A stretch of DNA of 64,000 nt from Phaeosaccion multiseriatum (Eukaryota > Protista > Ochrophyta, other classes), in NCBI GenBank assembly GCA_965112735.1, contig OZ218956.1, positions 2,418,001 through 2,482,000 of the forward strand. Reading direction: 5' to 3'. A program made the translations under genes and the position numbers. How positions within the stretch are numbered: position 1 is the first letter of the stretch; each line of letters starts with the position of its first letter. The notes under the pieces are model-generated. The model had not been told where the DNA came from. It worked only from the letters and a program-made list of their open reading frames with translations, and made no database searches. Of this stretch, positions 1 to 24,184 are shown one piece after another.

Positions 1-10973
<10,973 letters not shown>

Positions 10974-11253
10974 TTCCCCTCTCCACCATTACGGTTCTGC
11001 TCGCGTCAAGACAGTAGAGAAAGCTCGGCCAAAGCACCCTCTCTTCCTCCTCCCCTTCGTAATGATCATGGTGTCTTTAACGATTTAAAGTGGCAGTAGT
11101 GTGGCGTTACATCGGAAACCCACAATTTCAGCTCGCCCGCCCTCTTCCGTTACTCTCTGCCATTTTTTCCCTTGGGCACAGGGAGGATAATTTGTGCTTC
11201 TAGGAAGGAGGAAGGGTGGGTTCCCCGCACTTCGACGAGGCAGTAGGAGGATC

Positions 11254-14243
11254 ATGGGTGAGAGGAGAAGACGGTCGGGTTTGCCTAAGGCTTCAGGTGC
11301 TGCTCTCCTCCCAGGGCTTCTCCTTGTGGTCCTCCTTGGAGAGCTGGGCGGTGGTGGGCCGCACTCCGCTGCACTGGGAGTGGCAGCCCAGCAGCAGGGG
11401 CAAAACGGGGAGGTAAGGAGGAGCGAGTGCCTGAGGCGTGTACCCTCCGTGCTTCTCACCCACATCCTCCGCCGGCCCTTGTGTGTGTCTCTTGCACCTG
11501 TAACCTCTTGCTGCATCAGCTATCAAAGCCGAGACCTTCGTCCAAGGCTTACAGCTCCCTCGAGGAGTGGCTGGAGTACACCAGGACAACGGGAGAGCAC
11601 TTCCCTGTGCCTCTGCTTATCGAAGAGAAGAGCCCCACCCAATTAAAATTCTTGGAAATCCTCAACAGTAGCAACAAAAACAATGGGGAGATGGGAGGAA
11701 GACAGGGGGACGGCAATGTCAATAGCAAGAGAGGTGGAAGGAAGAAAAAGAAGGGTGGAAGGGGAGGACAAAGGCTGCTGCTGGGCATCGATGAAGAGGA
11801 GAAGGGGTCTGGGCGGGCCCTCCTAGAGGGAGAGTTCAATTTTCTGGCGCACGTGACGACGCTGCCTCTCTTTCTCGTGATTGGGGCGCAAAAGGCAGGG
11901 ACCACAAACCTGAGGTGGGTAGAGGTTCGGTTTCACGTACTCCTATGGTGTAACTGTTTGTTGGGTGCGAAGGAACCGAACGGAATCCAACGCACTACAC
12001 GCCAACACGGCCCCTGCCCCTGCAAGAAAGTACTTCGTAGTAGGACAGATCCCGCCTCAAGCCACTGCTGGTCCTTATGCGCCGCGGTCTGCTCCCGCTC
12101 CTCCTCCTCTTTCTGCCACCATTCCTGCCCTTGCCCCTTCCGTTTTGAGCGAGCAGGTACAATCTTCTGGAACACCCGCAGCTGGTGGGGGCCAGTGGAG
12201 AAATCGACATGGTGTTTCTCGATCGGCGCCATAAGAAAATGAGCGCGGGCGAGGGTACCCCGATGATCACGCCAGCAGCAGACACCGCAGCCAGCTCGCT
12301 TGGCCTAGAGCCCATGCTACCTGTGTCTGTCACGGCCGAGCTTCTGCAGAATGTCTCGAAAGAGCTCATGAGAAAGACTGTGCGCGTGAAGAAGGTGGGG
12401 AAGAAGAGCAAGGGCGGCGGTAGCATACAGCGGCGGCGGAGGCAGCTGCAGAACAGAAGAGGAGGAGGAGGGGGGGGGGGGGGGAGAGGAGGAGGGAAAG
12501 GAGGGACAGCCCAGAGGCGAGCAGCCTATGCCGCCGCAGCCTCGTCTGCGGCAGAGGTGGAGGCGCGTCTCGCATCGGGCGAGGCCTTTACGATGGCGTG
12601 CAAACCCGAGCTGGCGCTCATGCCAGAGGCACCCTACCGTGTCAAGCAGACCATGCCAAACGTGAAGATGGTGATGGTGGTGAGGGACCCTGTGGACCGA
12701 TACTTTAGCGAGATGCGCATGCATGTGTGTCGGGGGTATCAGGACTTGCTCGTCGACAACTACCACGCCCCAGGTCGGGTGCAGTAAGTCAGGGGGTGGA
12801 TGGATGGACGATGGCATGAGGAAAGGAATGGATATGGGTGGAATGAAATGATGGGTGAAGGAAGAAACAGGGAGGAGTCAAGGCAAAGCCCCGTCCCCGT
12901 GGGTCATCCATTTCCCATTTCTCTGCCGGGCGCTTATTATTTCACCTTTGCTGTGCATGCTTTTGCCTCGGCGATGAGCAGGCAACGTTACAGGTTATCT
13001 CGAGGAAGCAACCTCCCACTACCATCCCTACGGCGCCGACTGCAGGGGGGAGGTGAGAGCATTAGGGCTTGGGAGGGAGGGAGGGAGGGAGGGAGGGAGG
13101 GAGGGAGGGAGGGAGGGAGGGAGGGAGGGAGGGAGGGAGGGAGGGAGGGAGGGAGGGAGGGAGGGAGGGAGGGAGGGAGGGAGGGAGGGAGGGAGGGAGG
13201 GAGGGAGGGAGGGAGGGAGGGAGGGAGGGAGGGAGGGAGGGAGGGAGGGAGGGAGGGAGGGAGGGAGGGAGGGAGGGAGGGAGGGAGGGAGGGAGGGAGG
13301 GAGGGAGGGAGGGAGGGAGGGAGGGAGGGAGGGAGGGAGGGAGGGAGGGAGGGAGGGAGGGAGGGAGGGAGGGAGGGAGGGAGGGAGGGAGGGAGGGAGG
13401 GAGGGAGGGAGGGAGGGAGGGAGGGAGGGAGGGAGGGAGGGAGGGAGGGAGGGAGGGAGGGAGGGAGGGAGGGAGGGAGGGAGGGAGGGAGGGAGGGAGG
13501 GAGGGAGGGAGGGAGGGAGGCAGGGAGGGAGGGAGGGAGGCAGGGAGGGAGGGAGGGAGGGAGGGAGGGAGGGAGGGAGGGAGGGACTCGTTGGTTCAAG
13601 AGACGGGGGGCTGACGAGAGTGAGAGAGTTCGAAGGATAGGGATCAACGTTGGGCAGGTTGGGGGAAGAGACAGGCCAAGCGAGAACGTGAAGCCCTACC
13701 CATATCCCTCCCACATGCCCGCCTGCTCTGTCCCTGACACCCTTGGCTTCTTCTGATACCCTCCCGCCCTGCTCCCCTCCTTCTATACGAATCACTCGCT
13801 CGACGCGTGTGTGCGCCACGCATCAGACTGCCACGCTGGAGGGTGTGCGAGAGTGTTGGGAGAGGGTGGATAAGATACAGCCGCTTGCCCGGGGACTGTA
13901 CGCCGACCAGCTGGAGCGGTACCTCAGTCTGTTTCCCAGAGAGCAGATTCTGATTGTAGACTCGAACCGGCTCTTTACAGACTTTGTGTCAGAGCTGGCT
14001 CGTGTCGCGGCCTTTGTCGGGCTGGATCCGAGCCACACGTTCTCGTATATTAGCAAGCAGTTCCCCGGGGGCGGTGATGGGAAGGGCTGTGAGCGGAAAC
14101 TGGGCACTCCTGAGGCGCAAGCGTATGTGGGGAACATGCACACAGAGGAAGCTGTGGTGGCTTTGAGAGAATACTTTCATGGCCATAATGAGCGCTTCTT
14201 CGAGCTCACTGGGATTGACTACGGCTGGAATGAGCCCAGGTGA
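11254..14243 (+). CDS. Golgi-type sulfotransferase (heparan sulfate 3-O-sulfotransferase-like fold), multi-exon
   Basis: N-terminal hydrophobic anchor (AALLPGLLLVVLL); 5'-PSB motif FLVIGAQKAGTTNL; 3'-PB motif VVRDPVDRYFSE; C-terminal RGLYADQLERYLSLFPREQILIV and LREYFHGHNERFFELTG; GT-AG introns. Confidence 0.85.
13071..13586. repeat. (GGGA)n array in a sulfotransferase intron
   Basis: Directly visible. Confidence 0.95.
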
Positions 14244-14253
14244 TGATGATGAC

Positions 14254-14348
<95 letters not shown>

Positions 14349-14373
14349 CGATGATGATGATGAGGATGATGAT
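14241..14373 (+). repeat. (TGA)n array that begins exactly at the sulfotransferase stop codon
   Basis: ...GAGCCCAGG TGA TGA TGA TGA CGA TGA... Confidence 0.95.
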
Positions 14374-14760
14374 GCGGTGTACATGTGTTTTCCCTGTTTG
14401 GTGTTGTTGTTGTTCTTGTTGGTTGCTGGTACCAGTACAATAGTAAAAAAGAGAAAGAAAACAAAAAAGAAAATGGGGAAAGGAGAAAGAAGCAGGCCAC
14501 GCACTCACACAGACCAGCGACAACAGCCAAGTAGGACGAGGCAGGATTGGCCTGTCGAAGAAAGGCAAGGAAGGGGGGCATCGGCGCCACCAGAAGAAAA
14601 GTGATGCCAAAAGTGATAAAAGACGCCCGTGAGAGGATAAAATTACGTAAGATTATTCGAAGCCGGACCACTCGTTCACGATCCAGAGCCTTCGTGCGAA
14701 CCAAAGCGCCTTTACTTGCCTCTCTCTGCTTATTTGTACCCTTTCTTGCTCGTGATAACT

Positions 14761-17700
14761 ATGGCGGAGGATCCTGTAGCGAAGGCGAAGGCCATCGCGG
14801 CCAAGCTCGCGTCCGGCATGTCTGGGAACGCTGAGGATAACACCGGTAAGGAACAGGCGTTGATCTTCGCTGCGCTGCCGCGGGTGTGATGGAGGGAGAG
14901 GCCCGTAGTTTCGTAAGGGATGACGGTGCGCGGAGGAAAGTGATGGCGCGCTCGAAGGAGCAGTGTCCAACCTTGTGTAGTGGGGGGGGACAAGTGGGAG
15001 GGGGAAAGGGGGGGGAGCAGCAGCACCAGCACCAGCACTTCCGCCAGCACGGCAGCACGTAGAGGGGAATTAAGAGGGAGAGGAAGAGTACGTGCTTCCA
15101 TGGGAAGGACAATAGTATCCTGGGCAGGGAAGAGCGGTAGCAGTGGCCACCAGTTTGATTGCTACTCCCCCGAGCGGGGGAGCTGGTCTTGGTTCGGGCG
15201 AGGGCGGACGAAAACGCCTCCAAGTGCTTGAGTTGGGGAAACTTGCTGTTACTGTGCTTCGGTGAACCTGGCGCGCGTCGTTCTCTTTGTTCCGCTTTTC
15301 TGTGCTCGTCCATCCTCAAAATAATATCCTCCATCCTCGCTCTCCTTTTAACGTGCACGAAAACGCCGCACCCCCTGTGTTGTCTGCTTCTGGCACAGAG
15401 CTCGGCAAGAGGAAGGGCCGGTGGGGAGAGGACGATGTCGACCCCTCCCTCAACGGTGGTGCCGGAGGTGCCCCCCCCGCCCCCAGCAGCGCCGCGCAGG
15501 CTGCCGTCGCCGCAGCCTTGGGACAGATCCCATTGGCCCCACCGGCGGCCGGCGATGGAGGCGGGTCCAACAAACGCGTCAAGCTCTACATCCCCCAGGA
15601 CAAGTACCCGGAGATTAGCTTCGCCGGCATCTTGTTGGGCCCCCGAGGGAGCCACCTCAAGGGCATGGAGGAGAGGACGGGCGCCAAGATTATGATCCGG
15701 GGAAAGGGCAGCCAGAAGGTGCGGGGGGGGGGGGGGTTGCGTGCGGGGATGGCTGGTGAAGCTATTGTGGTGCTTTGCTGCTCGCTTTTTTTGGCATTTG
15801 GATCACCGCAAGCGGCGTGTTTTACTGTCTGCCATACCAGCCCAACTCTCCTCCATAAACACACAAAACACACCATCCCACCCACTTCCTTGATGGCCTA
15901 TTATATTATCTCACTTGGTCGCCTACCCACCCACCCACCCACCCACCCACCCTCCCTTCCACTCATCTACCCCCCACCAACTGCAGGAGGGTAAGGCGTA
16001 CTCCCCAGAGGAACTGTCAGAGGAGCTGCACGTCGTGGTGGAAGGCTCCGATGAAGCGATTGCCCGGGCCTCCACCGAGCTCAGTGCCATCTTTGAGAAC
16101 CCCACCGTGGCCATGGCGCTCAAAGAGTCTCAACTGAAGGCAATGGGTACCAGCAGTGCCATCCCGCCTGCAGGGGGCGTTCCGGGGGGAGCCGGGATGG
16201 GGGCGATGGGAGGAGGGGGCGCAGGGGCGTACGGACCGGCGGGAGGTGCCGCTGGAGGGGCAGGGATGTTCGGTGGTGCTGCCGGGGGGGAGGGGGGTAT
16301 GGGCGCGGAGTACCAAATTGTGGTGCAGGTGCCCAACTCGATGGTGGGAGTCATCATCGGCCGCGGAGGGGAGAACATTCAGCGCATGCAGAGGGAGTAC
16401 GGCGTCGGTGTGCAAGGTGAGTGTGCACGTGTGGGGGGGGGGGGGATTCATATGGAGGCGCTATCGCGGTGTGATGCGTGGTTGCGTAGGCGGTCCGGGT
16501 GTTTGTTTGTTTGTTTAGTGGGGAGCTTGGTGTTGTCGGTGCGCACAGTCCTCTTCGCTTGATGGATAAGTGTGTATATATACTCGTGGCTCTTGTCTTA
16601 AACCCTTTCCTCCCTCCCTCACTCGCTCGTCCCTCTCTCGCCCGCCCGCCCGCCCACCCTGCCCTCAGTCGCAAAGGAGTCAACCCCCGGCTCCACGGAC
16701 CGTCCCGTCACACTCAAGGGAGACCAGCGCGCCGCAGATGCATGTAGGCAGCACATCCTCTCCACCATCGAAGAGCGGCATGCGGCCCAGGCCAGTGGCG
16801 GCATGGGCATGGGAGGAGGAGGGGCGGGGGCCTACGGACCCGGCGCCGGCGCAGCAGACTCTCAAAAGATGCCTGTGGCCAATGATAAGATTGGTCTCAT
16901 CATCGGCAAAGGAGGAGCCACGATCAAGGGCATTCAGGCCAGAACCGGCACCAATGTACAGATCCCCAGCCAACCGGACGAGGGGGACCCCACCATCCGC
17001 ACCGTGACCATTTCTGGGGCCAGCAAGGGGCACACGGATGCCGCTGTCAATGAGATCAACCTCGTCATTACAGCCTTCAATCAGGGAGGCGCGGGGGGGG
17101 CGGCGGGGGGCGGGCAGCCCGGACACAACATCGTCACTGTGCTGGTGAGTGTGTGTGTGTGTGCGTGTGTGTGTGTGTGCGTGCATGCGTGATTGATTGG
17201 TTGAGGAGAGTGCGCAGTCGATGGGGGACAGGGATTGGGGTGACTCTTTGATGCTCCTGGTCAGTGCACAACCCCCCGTGCCTTCCCTTCTACTCGTCCT
17301 CCACCTCCTCGTCTCTCTATAGATGTAAAGATCTACAGTATATACCCACCCCCCATTCCTCATTTTCCCCATGCCATGCCGCACCCCCATACTTCCACAC
17401 ACCCCCACTCTGCCCTGCTCTGCCCTGCCCTACCCATACACCTCAGTCCAGCCCTGTCCATATACCTCTACCCTGCCCCCCACCTGCCCCCTCCCCATTC
17501 TCATTTAACTCATAGGCCATGCCCCACCCCCGCACCTCCCCCACACTGCCCTGCTCTACCCCGACTGTCCCTTGACCCATGCCCTGCCCTGCCCCCCCCC
17601 CCCCCACACACACACACACACACCGCACAGGTGCCTGACAACAAGGTCGGCCTGATCATTGGTAAGGGAGGGTGTGTGATTAAGGAGCTGCAGAACCGCA

Positions 17701-18440
17701 CCGGCGCAAGGATTCAAATCCCAGACGCGCACGAGAGTGTCAATGGAGCACGCACAGTCACCATCAGCGGACTTCACCAAGCCCCCATGACAGCCAAGAC
17801 CGAGATTGAGATGATGATGGCCAACGACACGTACGGACAGGGGGGAGGTGGGGGAGGAGGGTATGGAGGAGGAGGAGGAGGAGGTCACTATGGAGGTGGC
17901 GATCAGGGCCACTATGGGGGCGGGGGAGGGGGGCAGTACGGAGGAGGAGGCCCCCACCAGCAGCGGGGCTACGGTGACCCTTACGGCCCTCCCCAGGGAC
18001 AGGGCGGCTATGGAGCATACGGAGGAGGAGGGGGAGGAGGAGGGCAGGGCGCATACGGCGGATACGGAGGGCAGCAGCAGCAGTACGGAGGCCAGGGACC
18101 AGGAGGATACGGGGCGCAAGGAGGGGGCCAGGGGGCAGGATACCGCGCTCCTCACCAGCAGCAGTACGGCCAGCAGCAGCCGGGGGCGGGGGCCTATGGC
18201 GGAGCGGATGCCTATGGTGCTCAGGGGCAGCAGCAGCAGCAGCAGCAGCAGCAACCAGCGGCCGCAGGGGGCACGGACATGACCCAGTACTACGACCAGT
18301 TCTGGCAGTACGCTTCGTACTATGGAGAGAGGGTGGCTCGGGATCAGTACAAGGCCTGGGCGCCTCCTCAGGGGACGCCGCCCCCCCAGGGGGTTACCGT
18401 GCCTCCCCCGGGGCAGGAACACCCCCTGCCTCCTTCGTAA
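14761..18440 (+). CDS. KH-domain RNA-binding protein, FUBP/KHSRP-like, with four KH domains (the first of SF1/STAR type); 5 exons
   Basis: N-terminal MAEDPVAKAKAIAAKL (FUBP-like box). KH1 KLYIPQDKYPEISFAGILLGPRG..TGAKIMIRGKGS..ELHVVV. KH2 VGVIIGRGG, KH3 IGLIIGKGG, KH4 VGLIIGKGG. G/Y/Q-rich tail with QYYDQFWQYASYYG. Exons ~14761-14845, 15399-15718, 15987-16417, 16669-17144, 17631-18440. Confidence 0.88.
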
Positions 18441-20451
18441 AGAGGGTGGCCCCCGCTCGTAAGGAGTGAGGAGGGGCGGGGGGGAGGTCAGCACGGCGCA
18501 TCCATCATCTTTCTCTTCCTCCCCCCTCTTTTCTTTCCATTCTCTCCACTCTCCGGAGTCTATTCTCTCATACCGTCACGAAGCAAAACCTTCCTACAGC
18601 TTAGATCTCCATGTGTCTTTTCCTTCTCCTTCTTTCATTCATACCTGCTCCACTTTGGGCTTCTCCCTGGGGATGACGGAAGAGGAGCAGCAGCAGGAGC
18701 ATCAAGCCGCCTCTTCCGTCTTTCGGTGAGTCAGAGACACAAGACACAGAGGGGGTGGAGAGATGGAGAGGTGGAACTAACCTTGTCGATCCAGCTAGCG
18801 GCGGATCGAGCATGACCCATAACTACCACCTCGTTGCCTCGTTGCCCCCCGCTTCTTGCCTTCCTTTGTCCACTTTGTACACCTTAGATGTTTTTGCGTC
18901 GTCAGTCAAAACACAGTTGTTTCGTTGCCGATCTCGCTCGCATCGCACTGCTCGCACGCACACCACGCACACACACACTGCAGTATCGTTCTTGTAAAGA
19001 ACCACACACACACACACATGCTTCTTGCTATGTATGCTACGAACACCACACGCTATATGCTATCTATCATAGTCACATGACATGACGCATTCACTTGCTG
19101 ACGGACCAAACACTTTGGGGGCTTCAGAGCTCTATTTCTTCTTCAAGTGTCTTCTTTTCTTCTGGGGACCGGGCGGGGCCTGGCGGAGCGTATACATACA
19201 TGCATGCACACGTACGTACCCCCCCTTTTTGCAGCTCTCTCAGCGGGGACTGGACCGGAGCTTCTACTTGTACTTGTACTGCTTCTTGTACACACCGCCG
19301 GAGGAGCTTCCTCTGACTGTACTGTCACTTTCGTGGGACGTTGGTTTCTTCGCCCGTCTTTCTTTGGGCTCCGCACCACCCAAGTACACACCGCGCTACA
19401 CATCGTTAATTTTGATTCGTCAAGTCAAGCCTGTCGTCATCAGTCGTTTGTTTGTCTTACCTTTTGAAAGTCATCAATCATCTTCATGTTGGGGGAATAT
19501 ATTTGTTAGGGCAAAGGCATTTTAAGCCTCGTGTAAGATTACTTGTAATCAATCAATCAATCCAGAATCAAGCTTGATACCTGCTCTGCTGGCCCCAACC
19601 CCTCGCCCGCGTCTGTTTTCGAGTTGCGTCTTTTCCCCTGTGCGGTACAGTAGCGTAGTATTGCATGGCCCACTCACTCAGCCTAGCCTACCACGCCTTA
19701 TCGACAATTCTTCGTGCTGAGGAGCCAAGTCCGAGCCCAAAAGTGCCCAAAAACGTCATCGTGCGTGTGCCCTCATCCTCCTCCGACACTGATTTCGGTG
19801 TGTTTTAGCCGCCCTTTCCTCCCCTCCCCTCCCTCCCATGATGAACATTCATTCACACCCTTCCATCGCACTGGCACTGCAGATGCTGCGATGCGCTGTG
19901 GTAATCGATGGTAAAGCAGAGGGCGCGGAGGAAAACTCCTCTCCACCAGGCAGGTGAGTGAGTGCGTGCGTGCGTTCGTGAGCTTACCTGTACCAAATTG
20001 GATAATCCATATTGTCTCTCTCTCTGTGTGTGTGTGTGTGTGTGTGCACAAATCTCCCTCATCGCGACAGCAGGGAATGGAGAGTCCAGGTGCTGACCAT
20101 CAGGAAGGTTTCAAAGGCGAGAGGGGGCGAGAGGACGGCGCCTTGACGGGGGGAAACGAGGGTAGAGGGTAGAGGCTGACGATTTGTATTAATTGACTTC
20201 CATTGTATATGTGTGTGTGTGAGTGAGTGTGTATGTGTGTGTGCATGTGTGTGTATATGTGTGTATGTGTTGAGTGATGACCTATGCCTCGCCTCTCTCC
20301 TCGAGAGCCGAGCTGTTCGTCTTCGCTTGCCCAACGCCCCCTCCTCCCCCGCCCCCCTGCCCTGCGACTTTCATTTATTTACTTTTTTCTATAATAAAAA
20401 AATACAAAAGCCCGACTGGCACAAACAAACAACATCAATCGAGACTCACTT

Positions 20452-23365
20452 TTAAAACGCGTAAGGCAATGGAAGCGCGAGCAGCAGAGGTGCCGGTGTT
20501 GCGTCTCCACCTCCCCATCGTTCCTTCTCCTGCTGGTGCTGCTGCTGAGCTCCTTCCTCTGCCCCGGCCGGCCAGTGCCACTGGACCCAGGCGGCTTCCT
20601 TGTACTGCTGCTGCCGCCGCTGCTGCTGCTGGAAGTAGTCCCACTCCCTCCCGAGAGGGCCCCTGCCGGAAGTGGCTGTGACAAGGTTCTCCTCCATGGA
20701 CACTACGGCCCCAGCGCCGGTGAGAACCTTGTTATCGCATTGTTAGCACCGAAATGGGAAGAGAACGACACACGACACAAACGATGAGAAGTGAAGGGGA
20801 GGGGAGGCAACAAGAAAGCGCGGACCAGTTGAGAGAGAGAGAGAAAAGGTAGAGTCCAGAAAGGACCAAGACCTGTGTAGAGAGCCGCTCCTCCTCCTCT
20901 CGCTCACCAAATGGTGGTGCTTCCTCCTCCCTCCCTCCCTCACCTGCTCCAGAGTCTCCTCCTCGCTCAGGCCGAGCGTGAGCTTGTTGCAGATAAGGTA
21001 GTCCACACGGCTGTCTCCTCCTCCTCGGCTGCTGCTGCTCGTCTCTACTTGCTTAGGCAGCTTGGTCTGATGGATGGGCTGCACATGCAAACCTCCGTGG
21101 GGCTGCCGCCTGCATATCTGTCATATAAAAGGGAACAGTCGCAGCAGTTGGTGATACAACACGTTGAGAGGGGGGGGGGTCAAAGCGCGCACTCTTCCAA
21201 AGAAGAAACAGGAAGAAGAATAACAAAGCAAGATACGTCCCACAAATTACCCCAAAGATGCGTAAATTGTATGAGCCTCTATGGCCCAAAGAACAAAGAA
21301 CACGGCTATCCCTCCCTTCCTCCGCGTGTTCGTCCTTACCTCCTTCACCCCGTCCACTCCGAGCAGGCGAATGTTGGACAGTGCCAGAGTCACCGAGAGA
21401 GCCGTGCCCACATTGGTGGGAGAGGCCGTTAGGTGTCCGAGCTGGTATGACGACGTACGGGTGGGTGAGAGGGTGCAAGGCGAAGCAAAGGAAAGGCAAG
21501 GCAAAGCAAAAGCAAAGAAGGCCATGCCGGGGTGAGGAGAGGAAATATGACGTGTCTTTAGTTTTCAACAGGGCCGGAGCGAAAGGGGGCCTGGGAATAT
21601 TGTGGCAAACGGAAGACTTAGGTATCCACTCACCCGCCCACACTCACCCACACCCACCCACCCACCCGACCCACATTCCCTCTCAGCCGTACGCCTAACG
21701 AACTCACTAATGAACTAAGTAATTACCGAACTAACCAACTAACTAACTAACAAACTAACTAACCAACTAACTAAGCGACGAACTAACTAACCAACTAAGT
21801 AAGTAACAAACAACGATCACCTAACTAACCAACCAACTAACCAAGTAACAAACTAACTAACCTGGTCGTTCCTCTCGAAGTGCAGGTCTCTCTCGAGCTC
21901 TCCCAGCACCCTCGCCACGAGGCCCATGGCCTTGAGAGCGGCTTCCCCGGCGTGAGCATGGAGCTGCGCCGAGCAGGAGGGGGAGGACGTATGGTCCCGA
22001 GAGCTCAAACTCACATTCTCGGTACAGATGACGCGGATGTGCTCCTCTTCATTGACCCACACACACAGGCCCATCGCGCCTCCCTCGCCTCCGCCGTGCA
22101 CCAAGCCGTCTCTGCTTACGTCAAGGCCAAGACCACCACACACATTCAACATAGAGAAACAGGGCATTAATGGTGGGGGGGGGGGCGGTGGTCCCCTTCG
22201 TCCTTGGTGCTTCAGGTGTGGAGGGAGCTTCTGGAAAAAACGACAGAAAAATGGCAAAGGAAATGCGAGTGTGTGTGTGCGTACTCCTTTTACACACGCA
22301 GCGGGGGGGGGGGGGGGGGTAGGGGGGTATAAAAGCGCTCGAAGAGAACGCTTCCACATATTGAGGCTCTCCCCATATGGCTTGACTAAACGTCCTAAAC
22401 CTCAACTTCCTCCCTTGACTTACGTGAAGAACAAGCCTCGCCCCAGTGGCCAATCCTCCGAGACGCCCGCAGCCACTCGGGCCGGCTCCAGCGTGCCCCC
22501 CGGGAGCAGTCCCCTGCTGCTGAGCTGCCGCATCAACCCCCTGTCTTCCCCCACCTCCTCTAAGGTCATGGCCGTGCCGTGGAGTTCTCCCTCCAGCCTA
22601 TGAGGGGCGGGGTGGGACAGGGCAGGGCAGCGCAGGCAAGTGAGTCGAGTTAGGTAGAAATAAGGAAGAGTTGTGCTGCGTCAGACAGGCGGCAGTCACG
22701 GAGAGAGCCCAAGTGGATGGGCACATGGGCAGGCAGTCGTACGGGTTACTTGAGGAGCAGCGACAGCACCACCACCACCACCAGCAGCAGCAGCAGCAGC
22801 AGCAGCAGTTGGTGATATAGCGGCGGCAGGGACGGGCGATGGACATGTGATTCGATCGGACTTTGCTTTCATTGCCGCGGCACCAGTGCTGCATGCTCTC
22901 TTCGTCATAACCTCGCGCCTTCATGAGCCTTCCTCCCTCACTCCCTCATTCCTCCTGTACCCCGCCCTCTCCTCGTTCCTCCCCCTTTCTCTCTCCCCCC
23001 TCCCCCTCCCTCTCTCTCTGTGAGCTCTCTCCTCCCCCCTCACCTGCCCAAGGTCGAGAACACCGCCGACAGCACGGAGGTCCGTTGGCGCAGATTCATG
23101 CCCGGCGAGAAGGGGAAGCCGACGATATTCCGCCCCGCAGAGATGCGAACGGAGGGGATGTACCGCCTTGAGAGAGGGAGGGAAGGAGGGAAGGAGGGAA
23201 GGAGAGTGCGAGAGTGCGAGAGAGGGGTGGAGGTAGGAGAGGGGGGGGGGGATCCATGTTTAGTCACCTATCCTCACTTGCCCTGCCTTCGTGCGGCCTT
23301 TGTCAGGCATCAACACAGAGCCCCGATCAGACCTGCATTCGATTGCCCCCCTCTCTTTCTCTCTC

Positions 23366-23411
<46 letters not shown>

Positions 23412-24184
23412 TCGGAGGAGGAAACGTCTGTACGCACCTAAAGGGGTCCGGGTCTTCCAGCAGCGTCTCAGATGCGATGACGGAGAGGTCTGTCCGAGGG
23501 TGTGACCAGGTCATCTTGGGGGAGAATTTCGGGTGCGTGGCCCCAATCACGGTTGTAAAGAGGTCCTGGAATAATACGTAGCACTCGGCGTCTGCCGCCC
23601 ACAGGCCTGTACCAGTGAGAAAGGGGGGTCGGTGTGAGAGTGTGTGTGTTGAGTGCTTGAGTGGGGGTGAGCTGAGCAGTCACGACATGCAACGAGAAGG
23701 TGCGGTGTATGTTTTTTTCCACATTGTGTGTGGGCCAACACTGCCACCCTTCCCGCTCCATACACCCGCGCCACCATGACCCATAGAGGCTCTTTACGAT
23801 CGGAGGGTGTTGAGCGCCCAGTAAGCTCCATACTAATCAGTCGGGTGCAGACCGAAGCGAGAAAAGGCCCTCATTCACTCAATGACGCTCCACGTCCTCC
23901 TCTCCTCTCCCTCTCCTCGAGCCGCCCCATCTGTCCGCACCTATCGGGTCGTGTGCCCACGCGACGCCTCCTGCTATGCAGTCCGCGAGAGTGCAGCCCT
24001 TGTCCGTCACCAGCCCGCACATGAAACCGTACATATCGCGAGTCAAGAAGCGCGACACGAGAGACCGACAACCGGGGGCAAACACGGGGAAGGGCAGAGA
24101 GGCCATGGACTCGTCGTCGTCGTCCTGATCATACTCGCCATAGTCGTCCTCGTTGCCTTTCTCCTCGCCATGCAAGTCCTCCAT
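20452..24184 (-). CDS. ATP:guanido phosphotransferase (arginine/creatine kinase) homologue with a degenerate active site; about 9 exons; true start uncertain
   Basis: Spliced exons: FLTRDMY..TDKGCTLADCIAGG; AADAECYVLFQDLF; SVRISAGRNIVGFPFSP; EDWPLGRGLFF; VWVNEEEHIRVI; LGHLTASPTNVGT; CNKLTLGLSEEETLEQ; VLTGAGAVVSMEENL. These are collinear with the whole phosphagen kinase fold. Confidence 0.85.
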
